From positions 12,890 through 76,889 of the forward strand of contig JAHLWZ010000601.1 in assembly GCA_020536535.1 (NCBI GenBank): a stretch of DNA of 64,000 bases, read 5' to 3'. Numbering within the stretch: the stretch's first letter is position 1; every line of letters begins with the position of its first letter. The stretch comes from Pelomyxa schiedti. Lineage: Eukaryota > Protista > Evosea. Below are positions 12,801-26,300 of the stretch, piece by piece. The notes beneath the pieces are model-generated. The model did not search any database, was not told the origin of the DNA, and saw nothing but the letters and a program-made list of their open reading frames with translations. Both the position numbers and the translations under genes were made by a program.

Positions 12801-15800
12801 NNNNNNNNNNNNNNNNNNNNNNNNNNNNNNNGTGACGTTGGCCACCGCAGGGTTTCTGCAGAAGCTCTCGGACCACCTGCGACTTCCATCCAACCTGAGA
12901 ACCGTGAACACCAAAATCCAGGAACTCTTGGTGAGCCGGGCCAGAAACAACGCAGCCCGGGCGTTCTTTGACTCGCTGATGGCCAGGGCAAACCAGGTTG
13001 GCAAAATGGAACCACGAAGGGCACCAGTGAGGAAAGTGGTCATGCGGGAACAGATCACCACCAAGGTGACAAAGCAAAACGTCACGAACGTGGATCCCCC
13101 TATGGCGGCAGAACCCGCTGAACTTGCACATGCACATGCTGGGGTGTGGGAGGCAGGACAAAATCTCCTTGCGACGTTCAACGCAAAAGCCAGCGAGTTC
13201 GTGACGGTGCGAGAAAGGCTCCCAGAGCGCAAGGAGTTCCCACTTGGCATCGAAAAACTTCCAACTGATTGCGAGCTTGCACGGGCACTGGGCGATAAGT
13301 TTGGAAGGAGCTTCCTGACCAGATTGGAGAACAGCTACAGACAGAGTTTGGAACTTGCCATTGGTGGAAAAACGCTCGCGTTTCGCGATTGCGAAAAAAT
13401 GTACGGCGATGAGTTCTACAACAAAGTGTTTGGGGTCAGTGAGGAAGCCTTGAAGCAGTTCTTGCTGGCAGATTCAACCACAAAAACCGAAGATGTCGAG
13501 GAGGAGTGGAAGCTGCTGCTTAAAAAAGGCTGCCCACCAGAGGCCATGCCTGGTGACGCCGTGTCGCGCTTCAAGGATTATATGGAGGCGAAAAGGGATT
13601 TCATGCAGCAGGCCACCAGGGAGCTGAAGAACGCTCACCTGGAAGCGCCAGCAGAGAAGCTCCGCAAAATGGACAAGGCACTGAAAAGGCTGCAACCCGC
13701 TCAAAGGAGTGCATTGAAGACCAAAATGAAGCAAGTAACGAAAAAAAAAGAAAAATTCGAGGACGCCATGGGAAGCCTGTCCTCGAGCGTGACAATTGCA
13801 GAAGGGTACATCAAGCATTGCATCGAGCAGAGGTCATTTGGACCACTACTTTTGAAGAGAATGTCGGACCACTTCTCATGTGAGCTTCACATCGCAACCC
13901 AGCGGGAGCAATCGGGAAAGCTGGAGCTGGAGCAAAGCCTCAAACCAGAAAACAGCGCTAGAAAAGCATACCTGAAAAGGGTGAACGGAACGGGACAGCT
14001 CTTCCCACTGGAATGCTGCGGCGAAGCCAAAGAAAGGCAGACGCCAGGTGGATGCTGCTACCTCAACACACCAGAAAGAGAATACAGACTTCGGGAAGGG
14101 AAGACTTTGGAGATGCTCAAGGCGTTCCTCCAGGGTATGCTCAAAGAGACCAGGTCCGCCGTTATAGCCAAGTGGGATGAGATCGTGAGGTTACTCTTTG
14201 GGATTCCCACCAGCACCACAGCCACAGCCACAGCCACAACAAAAACCACAACAAAAGCCACAACAGAAACCACCACCACCACCACCACAACGCCGTCAAC
14301 TGTAAGACCAAACAACTCCGAGAGGACGGCGCTGTGGCAGCTGAGGCTGCTTTCGGGGGAACTGGCCAGGCCAACGACAACGGACATCCTCAGGCTGACA
14401 CTTGATCCTTCGAAGCTGGCGGAGTTCAACCCACTCCTGGAGGGGCAGCAAAGGAACGTTGCGGACAGGATTCACACTTTCCTGTGTGGGGAGACTCTCA
14501 GCATGCAGATTTCGAGGGTCCTGGTGCTGATTTCCCAGCACGAGTCCCTGCCAGTGGGCTCATCCGACGAGAGGAGCCAGCTGTTCCAAGACATCGGCAG
14601 GGAGTTGCTTGCGCAGCGGTGCTTCGCTCCTTCCGAGCATCCGTCGTGGCTTCTCTTCGAGCTTGAGAACAACATTCTCATCAGGGAGGTTCAGTGCAAC
14701 CTTTTGCTCGAGATGGAGAAGGACGCTGAGAACTGCATGTACCAGCTGAACATGGGCGAAGGGAAGACCTCGGTCATCCTCGTCCTTCTCTGCCAAATGC
14801 TCGCGACCGGCAGCCAAAAGCTCGTGAGGGTGAACGTCCTGGAGCCGCTCATGGGAATGATGAAAACGGTTCTGTCATCACGATTTGGCCAGTTGCTCAG
14901 GAGGAGGATCTACACGCTGCCCTTCACCCGGAGTGTAAACATTTCAAAAAGCAACCTTGAGAAGATCCTGGAAACACTGGAGGAGTGCCGGCGGCAGCGC
15001 CACGTGTTGCTGGTCACTCCCGAACACAGGATGTGCCTTCAGCTCAAGTCGCAGGAAGTTCTGCTGCAGTACCTTGATTACCAAAACGCAAGGGACGTCT
15101 TCGACTGGAACGAGTTCCTTGAGAGAACCTACGATGGCGGTGTCTCTGACACCGAAGTGGAGAGGCGCAGCCGATGGGACGTAATCAGGGGCGCGCTCGT
15201 TTCCCTTGGATACCTTTCTCCCACCGACGGGGTCATCATAAAATTCCCAAGTCCCACCCCCGAGGGAGAGGCCGAATTGCAAAACGCACTGAACAAAGCG
15301 ACCGCAACAAGCTGCGGAGCTGGTGGCAGTGGTGCTCCCTGCTTTTTGGATTCTTCTGTATTCCTCGGAGCAATGAGAATGAAGCAAACGCTCGTCGACC
15401 TTGAGTGCATTGACATGAATGACAAAATCAAGGACGTCCCTGGTCCTGGACAAGAAGAACGGAAAACCTTCATCAGGAAGGTGGCAAAAAAGCAGAATGC
15501 CCTCTTTGGGAAGACCTTTCAAGGCGGAAGCGTTGTTTGGGAGATACTCCTGAAGAATTCCGTGGGTCAGAAGGCCCTGATGGAGGAGCAGCTCCGTCTG
15601 TTTGAGAAGATCAGGAACGTTGCCTGCTGCGACTTGCTCGACGAGTCGGACGAGATCTTGCGGTGCAGCAGCGAGCTCAACTACACCTTGGGCTCTTCAA
15701 AGCAATTTGATGGTGGAGAGTTCAGGTGGAAAGTCCCGGCGTGCCTGCTTCGTCTGCTCTTTTTCGATCCCAGTCTCAGAGAAGTCCTCCAGAAGGGCGT

Positions 15801-18800
15801 TCCCATGAAAGCTATTGTCTGGTTCAACGGGTGGCTTCCAAAGACCCGGCAGGGCGGTGGCGTTCCTTCAGTACGATTTACTTCGGAGGATTTTTTCAAC
15901 TCGGAACTCAGGACACGTTTGGCCAGCCTCGCAATTGCGAAGATCACGGCAGAGACCAAGTGCATGGCACCAGTGGACCCCACCACACCAATAACGTTGG
16001 GACACGCGTTCACGTACCTCCAGCTTGTTCTCGGTGAGGTGGAGCCACCAATTCTGGAGGGGAAGATTGTCGAAAGCCTGATGGAGAGGGATCCACAGCT
16101 TCAGCAGGTGTTGCTCGTGCTGAAGGGGTGGCTCACACACGGGATCCTGTATCACGTGATGTCGTACCGCTACCGCGTGGAGTACGGCCTGGACTGCGAA
16201 GAGGGAGGGATGCCGCAGAAGCTGATGGCCGTTCCCTTCCGAGGGAAGGACACCCCAGCACTGCGGGCGGAGTTCAGCCATCCCGATATATTGATTGGAT
16301 TCACGATTCTGAGTTACCTTTATCAGGCATGCCACACCCACACACCCAACACACATGTTCACATGCTTTTTTTTGGTGGCAGTGTTGTTTCTACACCTTG
16401 TAAATTGACAACTCCTTTTTTTCATTTTTTTTCATTTTTTTTCATTTTTTTTCATTTTTTTCATTTTTTTCATTTTTTTTTTTTTTTTGCAGGGTCTGCA
16501 CGAGGAGCAAATGAAAGAGGCACTCATGAAGTTGAAGAAGCACGCAACACAGTACGGCAACAAATGGCTTGAAGGTTGGGTGCGATCCGAAACAACCAAG
16601 ACATGGATTGAAGAGAGCATCGGGACCGGAGCCTCGTTCCCTGAGTGGCTGATTTCCTTCTCGACCCTCGAGCTGGAGAGCCACAGCCACCTCGCAACGG
16701 CGACGAGGGCACTCGGCAGGAACTTCGACATGGTCGGCTACTACCTCGAGACATGCGTGTTCCCGGAGAAGGCGAAGCACTACGCAACAAAGATCACAGG
16801 AAACGGTCACACCCTGGCAAGCGAGGGCCAGACGAAGGGCTTCAGCGGCACGGACGACAGGAGGGACACAATGCCAGAGGCAGTGGTTTCCAAGAGGCTT
16901 CCAAGCCAGGAGGGCACGGACGGGAAAATGCTTCACATCCTCACAAGGACAGGGAACAGGTCCTTCAGGAAGGTGGAGTTTGAAAGGAGTTCACAGTTCT
17001 TGGACCTCGTTCTCGAGTACTGCAAGGAAACGCCAAACTGCTTCATTCTCTGCGATTCTGGGGCGCTGATCACCGGGATGGACAACAGCCAGGTGGCGGA
17101 GCACCTTCTGAGGGGCCTGCCGGACCCCTTCAGGGGCGTCGTTTACGTCGATGAGTGCACCGGGTCGTTGATGGTTCTGCACCGAAATCTCGCAAAGCTT
17201 CCGCTGGCCTCGTGCCACCTGTCAAAGTCCGAGCTCTTCTCTTATCTGGACGACGTGCACACGAGGGGCACAGACCTGAAGCTCCCTCTCACCGCCCGCG
17301 GAATCGTGACCCTCGGCCGCAGCATGAGCAAGGACAAGCTCATGCAAACGGTCATGAGGCTGAGGCAGCTCGACTCCAAGCAGTCCGTGACCACCTGGGG
17401 CACCCCGGAGGTCGCAAACGAGATCGCCACCCTGAACTGCCTGGGCGATGAATCCCAAATCAACAGCGAGCACGTCCTTCGGTGGGTCACGCTCAACACG
17501 ACGAGAAGGATCAGCGGCGATCTCTTCTCTGTCGTCGTCGCCAAGTTCAGGCACGTCGTCAAGATGCGCGCCCAGTCTTATCAGAGACTCAACCTTGAGA
17601 CTCCCATTCCTGTTCTCATCAAAGCACTCGTGGACCCCGTCCCTGATCAGTTGGATGCTCTTTATGGCTTNNNNNNNNNNNNNNNNNNNNNNNNNNNNNN
17701 NNNNNNNNNNNNNNNNNNNNNNNNNNNNNNNNNNNNNNNNNNNNNNNNNNNNNNNNNNNNNNNNNNNNNNGGCACGTCGTCAAGATGCGCGCCCAGTCTT
17801 ATCAGAGACTCAACCTTGAGACTCCCATTCCTGTTCTCATCAAAGCACTCGTGGACCCCGTCCCTGATCAGTTGGATGCTCTTTATGGCTTGACACCCAC
17901 AGTGCGGAGACCAGAGGATGCCTTGACACAGAAAATGTCAGTCCTCATCGAAGCGTGGTCTATAGCGCTTCGAAAAGAACTGAGAGAGTTGGGAAAGGTC
18001 ATTCCTGCCAAGCAAGGGATTAGACTCACAGGATCAGACTGCAACACTTCAGGCACAGTGGTGGGCTCCATACAGGGTTGGGAACATACAATGGAGAGGG
18101 ACATCCAAGAAGACAGGCGCACAATGACTTTGCTACTGGAGAAGGTGAAGCCATTCCTCCTCGACTATGCGCAGCTGGATGTGAGCTTTGGTGTGGAAGT
18201 TGAAAAAGAAAAAGAGATGGAGGAGCTGCAAGTTGCAGAGAACGCACTTGCAGAGGGCAGGAACACTGTTCCTCTTGTTGGATGGGATTATGGATGTATT
18301 TTTGCCGGTGATTTTGTTGCAGCAGCTCGGAGGTATCAGCCCCACCTCCCAAGGCTGCACAGCCTTGGGGACTGCTTCCTCGATGTCGGAAACGTTCCAA
18401 ACCTGACCAAGCTCAGATGGTCAAAGAGGGTCTTGGCAACGGATGGGTTCATCCAGACTGTCAACGTGGACAGGGCCAAGAGGATTTACCAGAACGAGTT
18501 CTTGCGGCCTGCCGATGTGATTCTTGTGCACAAGANNNNNNNNNNNNNNNNNNNNNNNNNNNNNNNNNNNNNNNNNNNNNNNNNNNNNNNNNNNNNNNNN
18601 NNNNNNNNNNNNNNNNNNNNNNNNNNNNNNNNNNNGGCACGTCGTCAAGATGCGCGCCCAGTCTTATCAGAGACTCAACCTTGAGACTCCCATTCCTGTT
18701 CTCATCAAAGCACTCGTGGACCCCGTCCCTGATCAGTTGGATGCTCTTTATGGCTTAACACCCATAGAGTGGAAAACAGAGGATATCTTGAGACAGAAAA

Positions 18801-20014
18801 TGTATGGTCTTGGTGAGGGGTGGTCATTGGGCCTTCGCAGAGGACTGAGGGAGCTGGACAAGATCCTTCCTCCAGAGCGCAGGATAAACCTCGCAGAAGT
18901 AGGGAGCGAGATGTCGGCGCCAGTGGCACACACCCAGATTCGGGAACGTATCATGGAGGGAGATGAAATATCAGATAGGAACACCCTCAACAGCATCCTG
19001 GAAAAGGTGAAACCACTTCTCCCCCACTTTTCACAGTTGTATGTTTGCACCGACCCTGAAGCAGAAACAGAGCTGGAGGAATTGCAAGTTGCAGAGAACC
19101 CACCAGCAGACAGCAGGTGTTCCGTCACCCCTCGTGGGTGGGATTTTCAGTGCGTCGTCAGGAGTGATTTTGTTTCGATGGCTCGGATACAGCACACTGA
19201 GGGGCACTTCCCAAGGCTGCACAGCCTTGGGGACTGCTTCCTCGATGTCGGAAACGTTCCAAACCTGACCAAGCTAAGATGGTCAAAGAGGGTCTTGGCA
19301 ACGGATGGGTTCATCCAGACTGTCAACGTGGACAGGGCCAAGAGGATTTACCAGAACGAGTTCTTGCGGCCTGCCGATGTGATTCTTGTGCACAAGAAAG
19401 CACCAAACGAAGGGGACCACGTTCTCATCCTTGTTTCGGGTGCAGAGGCCAACGAGCTTGTGGAGATCCTGGCCGCACGGGCGCCGGACCCAGCAGTGTT
19501 CATCGTCCACCTTGGCGACACTGGTCCCGAGAAGTCCACGATGGTTCCCAGCCACCCACACCCAGAGTTGCTGCTCGCATCTCCTGCAGAGCGTCAGGCA
19601 CTGACACTCATCAAGCTTTTCAACGGCACCTGCTGTTATGACGAAAGCGAGATACCAACAATCAAGGCTGCGATTGCACTCGTAGATAGCAGCTCCTTCG
19701 AAGGCCCTGCTGTGTCACGAGACCGCTCACAGCTGATTTACGAGCACCTTGTCAAAATGCAGCTGCTCCAGAGGGGGTTTTTCACCAACATTCTCGTGGC
19801 AAAGTTGAAGAAAAACCAGATCCTGCTGACTGGTGATTTGGAGCCACACAACGCACACTGCACAGGGACACTCGTCAAAATTGCTGAAGGGTCACTGGTG
19901 GAATTTACTGACATGATAGTACTATCAGATGTGACCAACACACTCAAGAAGCTTGTTGCAATTCGTGGGAGGCTGGCGGAGTTTGAGGGATCTGACTTGC
20001 AACACCTGCTCTGA
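6824..20014 (+). CDS. Giant DUF3638/DUF3645 P-loop (SecA/SF2-like) protein, >3500 aa, multi-exon, spanning three gaps
   Basis: Motifs QLNMGEGKTSVI, LLVTPEH, LLDESDEIL, RYRVEYGL..LMAVPFRGKDTP..AEFSHPD (DUF3645), GFSGT, DSGALITG, LDDVHTRGTDLKL and KDKLMQTVMRLRQL. N-terminal ORFs 6824-12731 are collinear on the same strand and separated by intron-sized gaps; those junctions were not all verified. Confidence 0.8.
12611..12952. other. Scaffold gap (12732-12831) flanked by an exact ~121-nt overlap (assembly artefact)
   Basis: 12611-12731 is identical to 12832-12952. Confidence 0.9.
17550..19396 (+). repeat. Assembly bubble: two alternative versions of one segment of the DUF3638 gene
   Basis: 17550-17670 recurs at 17771 and 18636. 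~18346-18535 is nearly identical to ~19207-19396. The intervening ~450-nt segments differ strongly. Confidence 0.85.
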
Positions 20015-20392
20015 CTTTCAGGACTTCAAAGTTTGCATAGTTTTAAACAAAAGAAGGGTTGGGTGAAGGCTTGTAGTTGGGGCTCTGTGTCGTGGTCAAA
20101 CTGTAGTCGCTTGCTCAAGTAATAAACAGTAGACTCTTGTGTTTGTATTTGGACTCCTTGCCGTTGCCATCCACATGTTTCCACCTGAGCAGTTGGAAAG
20201 TAGAAGAACAAGCATACCCAACTCGAAGTGGCACTGTTTGTCATGGCTGGGCTCCATCATTCCGGGTATCTGACGGCATGCATATCTCGTTGGGCGCTAC
20301 CGGACAATTTCACACTTAACTCCGAGTTATGGGTCGTGAACGTTTGTAACCAAAAAATGTTATGGGTGCTGTTTGTGTCATTTGTGAACACT

Positions 20393-21356
20393 TTATTTTG
20401 AGGTTCGTGTGTTTGTATTGTTTGTGGACACTTGATTTTGAGGTTTGTGTTGTGTTGTGTTTGTGAGTGGATGTTTATGAGCTGTCGGAGCTGTACTCTG
20501 AGAGCCTAGATTTTCTTCTCTTTGTTGACTCTTGTCCTTTCCTGGGCTTTTTTTGCCGCTCTTCTTGTTCTTGGCCTTCTTTGTGAGCTTTTTGTCCTTT
20601 TTGAGGTCTGGGTGCAGCTTTTCATCATCCTCAAGGTCACAGATCTCCAGTGCGTCATTGCGGAGGTGGGTACAGTTACGGTATGTCAAAAGCGACTTGA
20701 GAGTGATCAGTACTCCAGCCTCATCATCGTCTCAGACTCCCCTTGATCAGGTGGCGCAAAAACAAAGGTGAGACTACCATTGAGACCAGAGTATTTTCGG
20801 TAGTATTTTCTGATTCTTAGCATTTGGCTGCTGTCAGTTTCTCTGCCAAAAAGTGAGGGACTGGAGATAAAAAGAATGTATTCAGTACTGGGGATCAGTC
20901 ACAGGTGTCTCTGTGGATTGTGTTGCGGTTTCTGTGTGTTCCTGAGCTCTGGTCGCCGGCTCAGTTTTGATCATGGCTGTGCATGCTGCCTTAAAACTGG
21001 GAGGTACCCATGTTCCTGCACATTCTACTTCATTGGCTTCAGTTGTTTCTAACAACATAAGCAAAAGGTAAAAAGAAGTTGAGGACATTTACCTAACGAA
21101 GAAGTGCTTTGAAAGCTCTGCAGAATTGCCATCTTCACCTTGTCCAGCTGTGTGTAGTCCCGGGACTGCTGCTGATTTTTCACTGGGCTCTTTTGGGTAC
21201 TTACAGCATCTCTGGTTTGGGGTGGAGTGTATGGCTCAGTATGCAGTTGGGGATCTGGCTGTGGTTCTTGATCTTCCTCAGGCTCCATCTTGGACTCCTC
21301 AGGCTCTGTTTCCGGCTCCGGTTCCGGCTCTGGGACTAGATCCAAATTTGGAGCTG

Positions 21357-21405
<49 letters not shown>

Positions 21406-23070
21406 CTGTGTCTGTGGTTGCAGTTGCGGTTGTGGCTCAGGCCTGGGAACTGGCATGCGTGCAGGCTCTGAAGTTGCTCTTTGTGCCTGGGAGTTCGGCT
21501 TTGACTGTGTTGTCTTTGGCTTCAGTGGTGACTGTGGCGGGAGCTGTGGCTGTACCTGCCGCAGGGCCTGTATCTGTGGGTGTAACTGTGATGTGCTCTG
21601 TGGTTGTGCCTGAGACTGTAGTAGGAGCTGTGGTTGTGGCTCCGCAGGTGGCTGTGCCTGCAGTAGGAGCTGTGGCTGTTCCTGCAGTGGGGTCTGAGGC
21701 TGTTGGTGTGGAGCAGTTTGTGGCTTCAAGGATATTTGTACGGGACATCAGCCACCAGAGGGTACATTGTACGAACTGGTTTTTGGAGTGGGGAGGCTCT
21801 CCGCCTTTGTGTCTTTACAGGGGAAGGAATCCAATTTGGATGTTCTATAGACAGATCTCTGAGGTAGTTGTTGAGATCCTTTGCTTTCCCATTTGGACTG
21901 GCTTTTATCCATGACAAGGCCGCAATTTGAAGATCCTTTGTTGAATGAAGGAACTTGTTTTGGTTTTCAGAGCACCAAGCTTTAGAAGTTTACAATTCTC
22001 AAACCTGGGTGATGGTTAAACAGATAAGAAAATAGAAATCTTACCGTGAGAGAAGATCTGCAAGGTGCATCAGGGTCCAGTGCTTCATAGACTGCGAGAT
22101 AATCTGCTGCAGCCTTTCGTGTCTGGAGGGGGACTCGTAGTGACTTGACCGTCGCCATAACCTCCTTAGGATAGGTAAGAGACTAAAACACAGTAGGGAA
22201 ACAAACTGGCCAAGGAACAACAACTAACTCATTGTTGGGCCCAGGATTGTAGCGCACATCGAAGATTATCTTTGCTTTTTGCAGCCAGTTGATTTCCACA
22301 CTGTTGGCTAGCGTGGTACATGAGTAAACTAACACAAAAAAGAGAAAAAGAGTGATACCTGAGGCAGCTAAGCCTCCAGCCCGTATCATTAGAGGGGTAG
22401 TGATGTTGGTACAAAAAACATTGGCTGGAACCGGAGTATAATAAAAAAAACAGAGTTGAAAAAGCAATCTGAGTCAGTACTGGGAGATTTGCTTCATAGC
22501 AGGTTCGTAGGTAGTGAGCAAGTGGGAATGCCAAACGCCTGTGAGAATGTTAAATCAGATAACAAACAGGGATTACAAACCGATGATTTCCGTCAAAGAG
22601 CAGATACTGCTCGGCTGTTAGTGGCACCACATAAACAGGCAACAGATTTTCATTTATCCCACTCTCCAACATTAAATCAAGCAATTTCCCCAGGACTGCA
22701 GGGTGTTAACTTCCGGATATATTTAATACATGCGTGATCTGGTTTGGATCAAGGTCCACAATACGCTTGTCAGTACACTGGGTCAAGATCTCCTGGAGGG
22801 TTGTATCGTTGCCAAAACGAGAGCTGACCTCCTCTACAACTGCCGACGAGTGTGCCGACGGTGTAGTCGCTGCAGTTTTCGGCGTAGATGCCAACGATGT
22901 TGTCGCCGCACTCGTCGGCACATTGTAGAGGAGGTCGGCTTTAATGGAGAAGTCTTGGGTTTCTTTAGGCTCGTGATTTCAGCTCTTGTGGCAACACCGG
23001 CCCATGGCTGCGTGTCTGTTGGCTCGTTTAAATGGTTTTTTTTTAATGATTTCCTTTCGCTTTTAAGGTG
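20393..23070 (-). pseudogene. Degenerate multi-exon gene with a ParB/sulfiredoxin-like N-terminal domain and a Q/P/E low-complexity tract
   Basis: Minus strand ~22580-22700 reads LLDLMLESGINENLLPVYVVPLTAEQYLLFDGNHR (ParB-type PI.V...Y.llDG.HR). There is an in-frame TAA just upstream and frameshifts downstream. Linkage of the downstream fragments is inferred. Confidence 0.5.
21300..21410. repeat. (GGCTCT)n hexamer repeat encoding (PE)n on the minus strand
   Basis: Direct tandem repeat visible at ~21354-21406. Confidence 0.85.
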
Positions 23071-23859
23071 AAATGTAGCATTAGGTGGATTGATTTTTGA
23101 TGTACAGTGGCTGGACAGGAGGAAGGGTGGTGTTGGCCGCAGAAAAGTCGCAGGCAACTCGTGTGTTGGAGTCCAAACAAGTAAACCCCATCCCTAACAA
23201 CTTTCGCGACATTTGACATTGATGGATCGTAACAGGTTCAACAAGCAGAAACCAAGTTGATGTCGGGTCCGTTGTGGCGGTTTCTAATGCAGTACCAAAG
23301 TGAAAGTGTGTCGTTTTGTGCTGCTGCGCATTCTATTGGGAACAGCACCCCTGGGTGTTCAGTGTGGGAACAATCACACAAATTGTTTTTCTGTTGCCAA
23401 CGGCCCCGATACTTACGGTGCAGTTACGTGTGGTGGTGTGGCAGTCATGCGGGTGTTGGGGTGCCTTCATGGGGGCTTGTTGCCTACATTGGGCAAAAGC
23501 GAGGCTGTGCATCGTGCACCGCTCGTGTACGTTTTATGTGAGATCGCCAGTGACACAGTTACTGGGCCACGGTGCAGTGCATCGTAACTGTTGTCACTCT
23601 TCACCATCGTCGTTAGAGGACAACAACAAACGGATTTGTTGGACACGTAAGTTGTTCATTGTCACCAGAGGTGCAATGACTGCGCCTAAGAGTGCATTTT
23701 TGGAATTTTTTGCACTCTTAAATGTGTGTTGTAACCCGAGGTTACCGCAACACAAAAAGTTGAATGAGCACCCTGCCTGAAAATTGGTGTGTGGATGGTG
23801 GCAGTTTGTGGAGCGACGATGCCATCCTATACCGCAACAAAAGTTCCGCAACAAAAGTT

Positions 23860-24700
23860 CCAGGGTTTAGTCGGCCCTGTGAAGCACTACCTCCTGGTAT
23901 GTGCTTGTTTTTGTTTTTTTTCCCTCAGTGTGCCCAAGACTCCGTCCTCTGCTACAACATGTGGCGTGAAGTATTTGACGACAACTTTTTCAATCGCATT
24001 GCTGTGGAAACTAACCGGTGGGTGGGCTCTGTCTAAACCACCCTCTTGACATACTCTCAGTTATGCCCATAATGTTTAAGGATTTGAGTCCTTTCACACT
24101 TCAGCTGCTGAAATTGAACTCCTCTCTGGAGTTTATATCGCTGGTATGTTAAAATGACTTCATTTTTATTCAATTCCCACCTTTCCAGCGGGCCTGTTCC
24201 GCCAAGCTTCATGGAAGGACCATGGAGGGAGCTTCACCTTGGGTTCGGGAACTTATGTCACAGAAGCGGTATTATCAATATATGTGTTTCTATATAAGTT
24301 ATACTCTTACCAACGCGTGGCTTCAGGGACCTCAACAGAGTGTTGCACTTTTCTGATCCTGCAGAGAATCCAGATGACAGGCTGAGATCCATCCGCTGGA
24401 TTGTTGATTATTTAAATTGGAAGTTCACTACCTTGTGGCACCCAGGTTTGTGTTCTTGACAGTGATTCTTTCATACTAACCGTTGATTACTTCAGGCAGG
24501 AATGTTACAATCGATGAAGCCATAATCCCATTCAAGGGTTTGTATCCTGCTAGGGTGTGCCTCAGAGGAAAACCGCGTGCCACAGGTGTGAAGGTCTTTA
24601 TGTTGGCTGACGAGTATTCCGCCATTGTCAAGTTCATTGTTTATGATGGCAAAAACCCTTATGGTATATCTACATAATACTTTTTTTTTCCCCGCTACCT
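23860..24700 (+). mobile_element. Truncated, intron-containing piggyBac-family (DDE_Tnp_1_7) transposase
   Basis: Exons WREVFDDNFFNRIAVETNR, DLNRVLHFSD...DRLRSIRWIVDYLN and NVTIDEAIIPFKG...KPRATGVKVFMLAD are diagnostic PGBD motifs; the C-terminal half is missing. Confidence 0.8.
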
Positions 24701-25689
24701 CTTTATTCACATCTTTAGGTGACTTGGATAAAAATAAAACTCTAAAATGCCCATTCTTCCGTCATCTTCACTTAGAAAAGGTATCAGTACTTCTTACATT
24801 ACTGTAACCCCTAATGTACGCAATAAAGGAGGAGCTGTGTTCCGCAATCGGAACCACCACAACCACAACTACCATAGCCACAGCCATCAGCAGCAACAGC
24901 AACCACAACCACAACGCCAGCAGCATACCCAGCAACCCCAATCACAACAACAGCGGCTGCAAGCACAAGCACAGGCCCTCAACACTTTGCCAGTTCCGCG
25001 TACGGCAGCACAGCCCACTGTCATCACCACACCCCCACCACCTTGCACTTACACACAAGTCTTTCCTCACTATTTCTTTTTTCTTTATCCCGCTGATTGT
25101 GATTTTCCAACAAGCCAAAAACAGCCATCGAGGCTCACTGTGATCACCAACCCTTGATGGCTGTTTTTGGCTTTTCCGTGGTCGTAGATTCGGCAACAAC
25201 GCTCTTGTGTGGCTCTTACTCCTGACACAACAAGGGAACAGGACCGGCACGTCACAGCCCACAGTCCAGCTGTCCTTGCGTCTTGGATGCACAATAAGGG
25301 AAAAACAATACCTTTCCTTCTGCTAACAGATGGTGTCACGACCCGGGTCTTGCACTGATGCTGCTGGGAGGCAGTATTCCTATCTTCGTGGGTCTCATGG
25401 TAGTTGGTAAGGGTCAGGTCCTCTCTGTTGGTTACCCTCTCTGACCTGTGAGCCAGTATGCTATTGTCTAATCGTATGGCTATGGTCCAATCTAACCTTC
25501 TAAATTCGATCTCTTAAGCCTATTACCCTGTTTGGACCTGAGGTGTAGTATTCCACATACCACTGCTAGAACTACCCCATTTCCATTTCCTGGCAGTGTT
25601 TGTTCCAGGTATGTCGCATTGTCCTTGATGTACTGACGGTGGTACACAAGCTCTTGGGTTTCTGGCCTGATTCAGTCATGGCTATGAAG

Positions 25690-26300
25690 TGTTGCACAGG
25701 GTTTCAGCTGCCATTTTGCCTCGTGCAGGCATGTAAAAACTTCCTCCAAGTGTTCCATGTGCTCACTACATGATTTAGAGAGGATAATTATATGGTTGAT
25801 GTGAAGGAAACAACCGGTGTCCACTGGTTTCATTTGGAATGCGTAACACTAGAGAATGTAGGTTCTGTGTTTTTCAATCCAAATAGCATCCTTGTCATCT
25901 CACAACTGACCCAGCTGAAAGTGTCTTGTGCATTCCTTCCCTCTCATCTTCACTTGCCGGAAAAAGCATCCAGCTTTGACCAGTATGTATTCTCTCCCCA
26001 AACACGTGTTGTTGATGTTGCATCATAGTTCTTGTATTCGCAATAATCTACACAGAATCTTACACTTCCATTCTTCTTCTTGCCCATACAGGTGTGGGAA
26101 AAAAAAAAACTGAATTACTCCATCAGCATTCACCTTTCATTTCCTGTACTTCTTCCTTCTCGAGTCTCCGCTTTGGATTGCCAGTAGGTTGATGCTGATT
26201 GGGTGGTTGTCTGTGAGTTATATTCTGTGCCCTACATCTTTGATCTCTCCAAGTTCTTCTTCTGGTTTTACTGCAAAGACTCGGTTCAGCAGTGTTGTGA
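25690..26300 (-). mobile_element. Degenerate Ty3/Gypsy reverse-transcriptase remnant
   Basis: Minus strand fragments GHRI*LTDNHPI, KKKNGSVRFCVDY, SKLDAFSG, RMLFGLKN and FLHINHIIILS..EHMEHLEEVF (YIDD degraded), with many stops and frameshifts. Confidence 0.75.

Noticed and set aside
12611-12952. Apparent tandem duplication inside the DUF3638 gene
   Set aside because: Exact ~121-nt overlap around a 100-N gap, typical of k-mer overlap.
17771-19396. Mutually exclusive exons as the explanation for the two cassettes
   Set aside because: No splice sites at the cassette borders; duplicated flanks and N-gaps indicate an assembly bubble.
21126-21914. Plus-strand ORF with (LA)n, and other antisense shadow ORFs
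   Set aside because: These are reverse-complement readouts of low-complexity or genuine coding sequence on the other strand.
21920-22300. Ulp1/SENP-like motifs (HWTL, QVP...NCG)
   Set aside because: Fragments are in uncertain frames and too short to support a call.
25322-25350. Possible LTR end plus primer-binding site (…TAACA GA TGGTGTCACGACCCGGG)
   Set aside because: It is on the opposite strand to the nearby RT remnant and no second LTR was identified.
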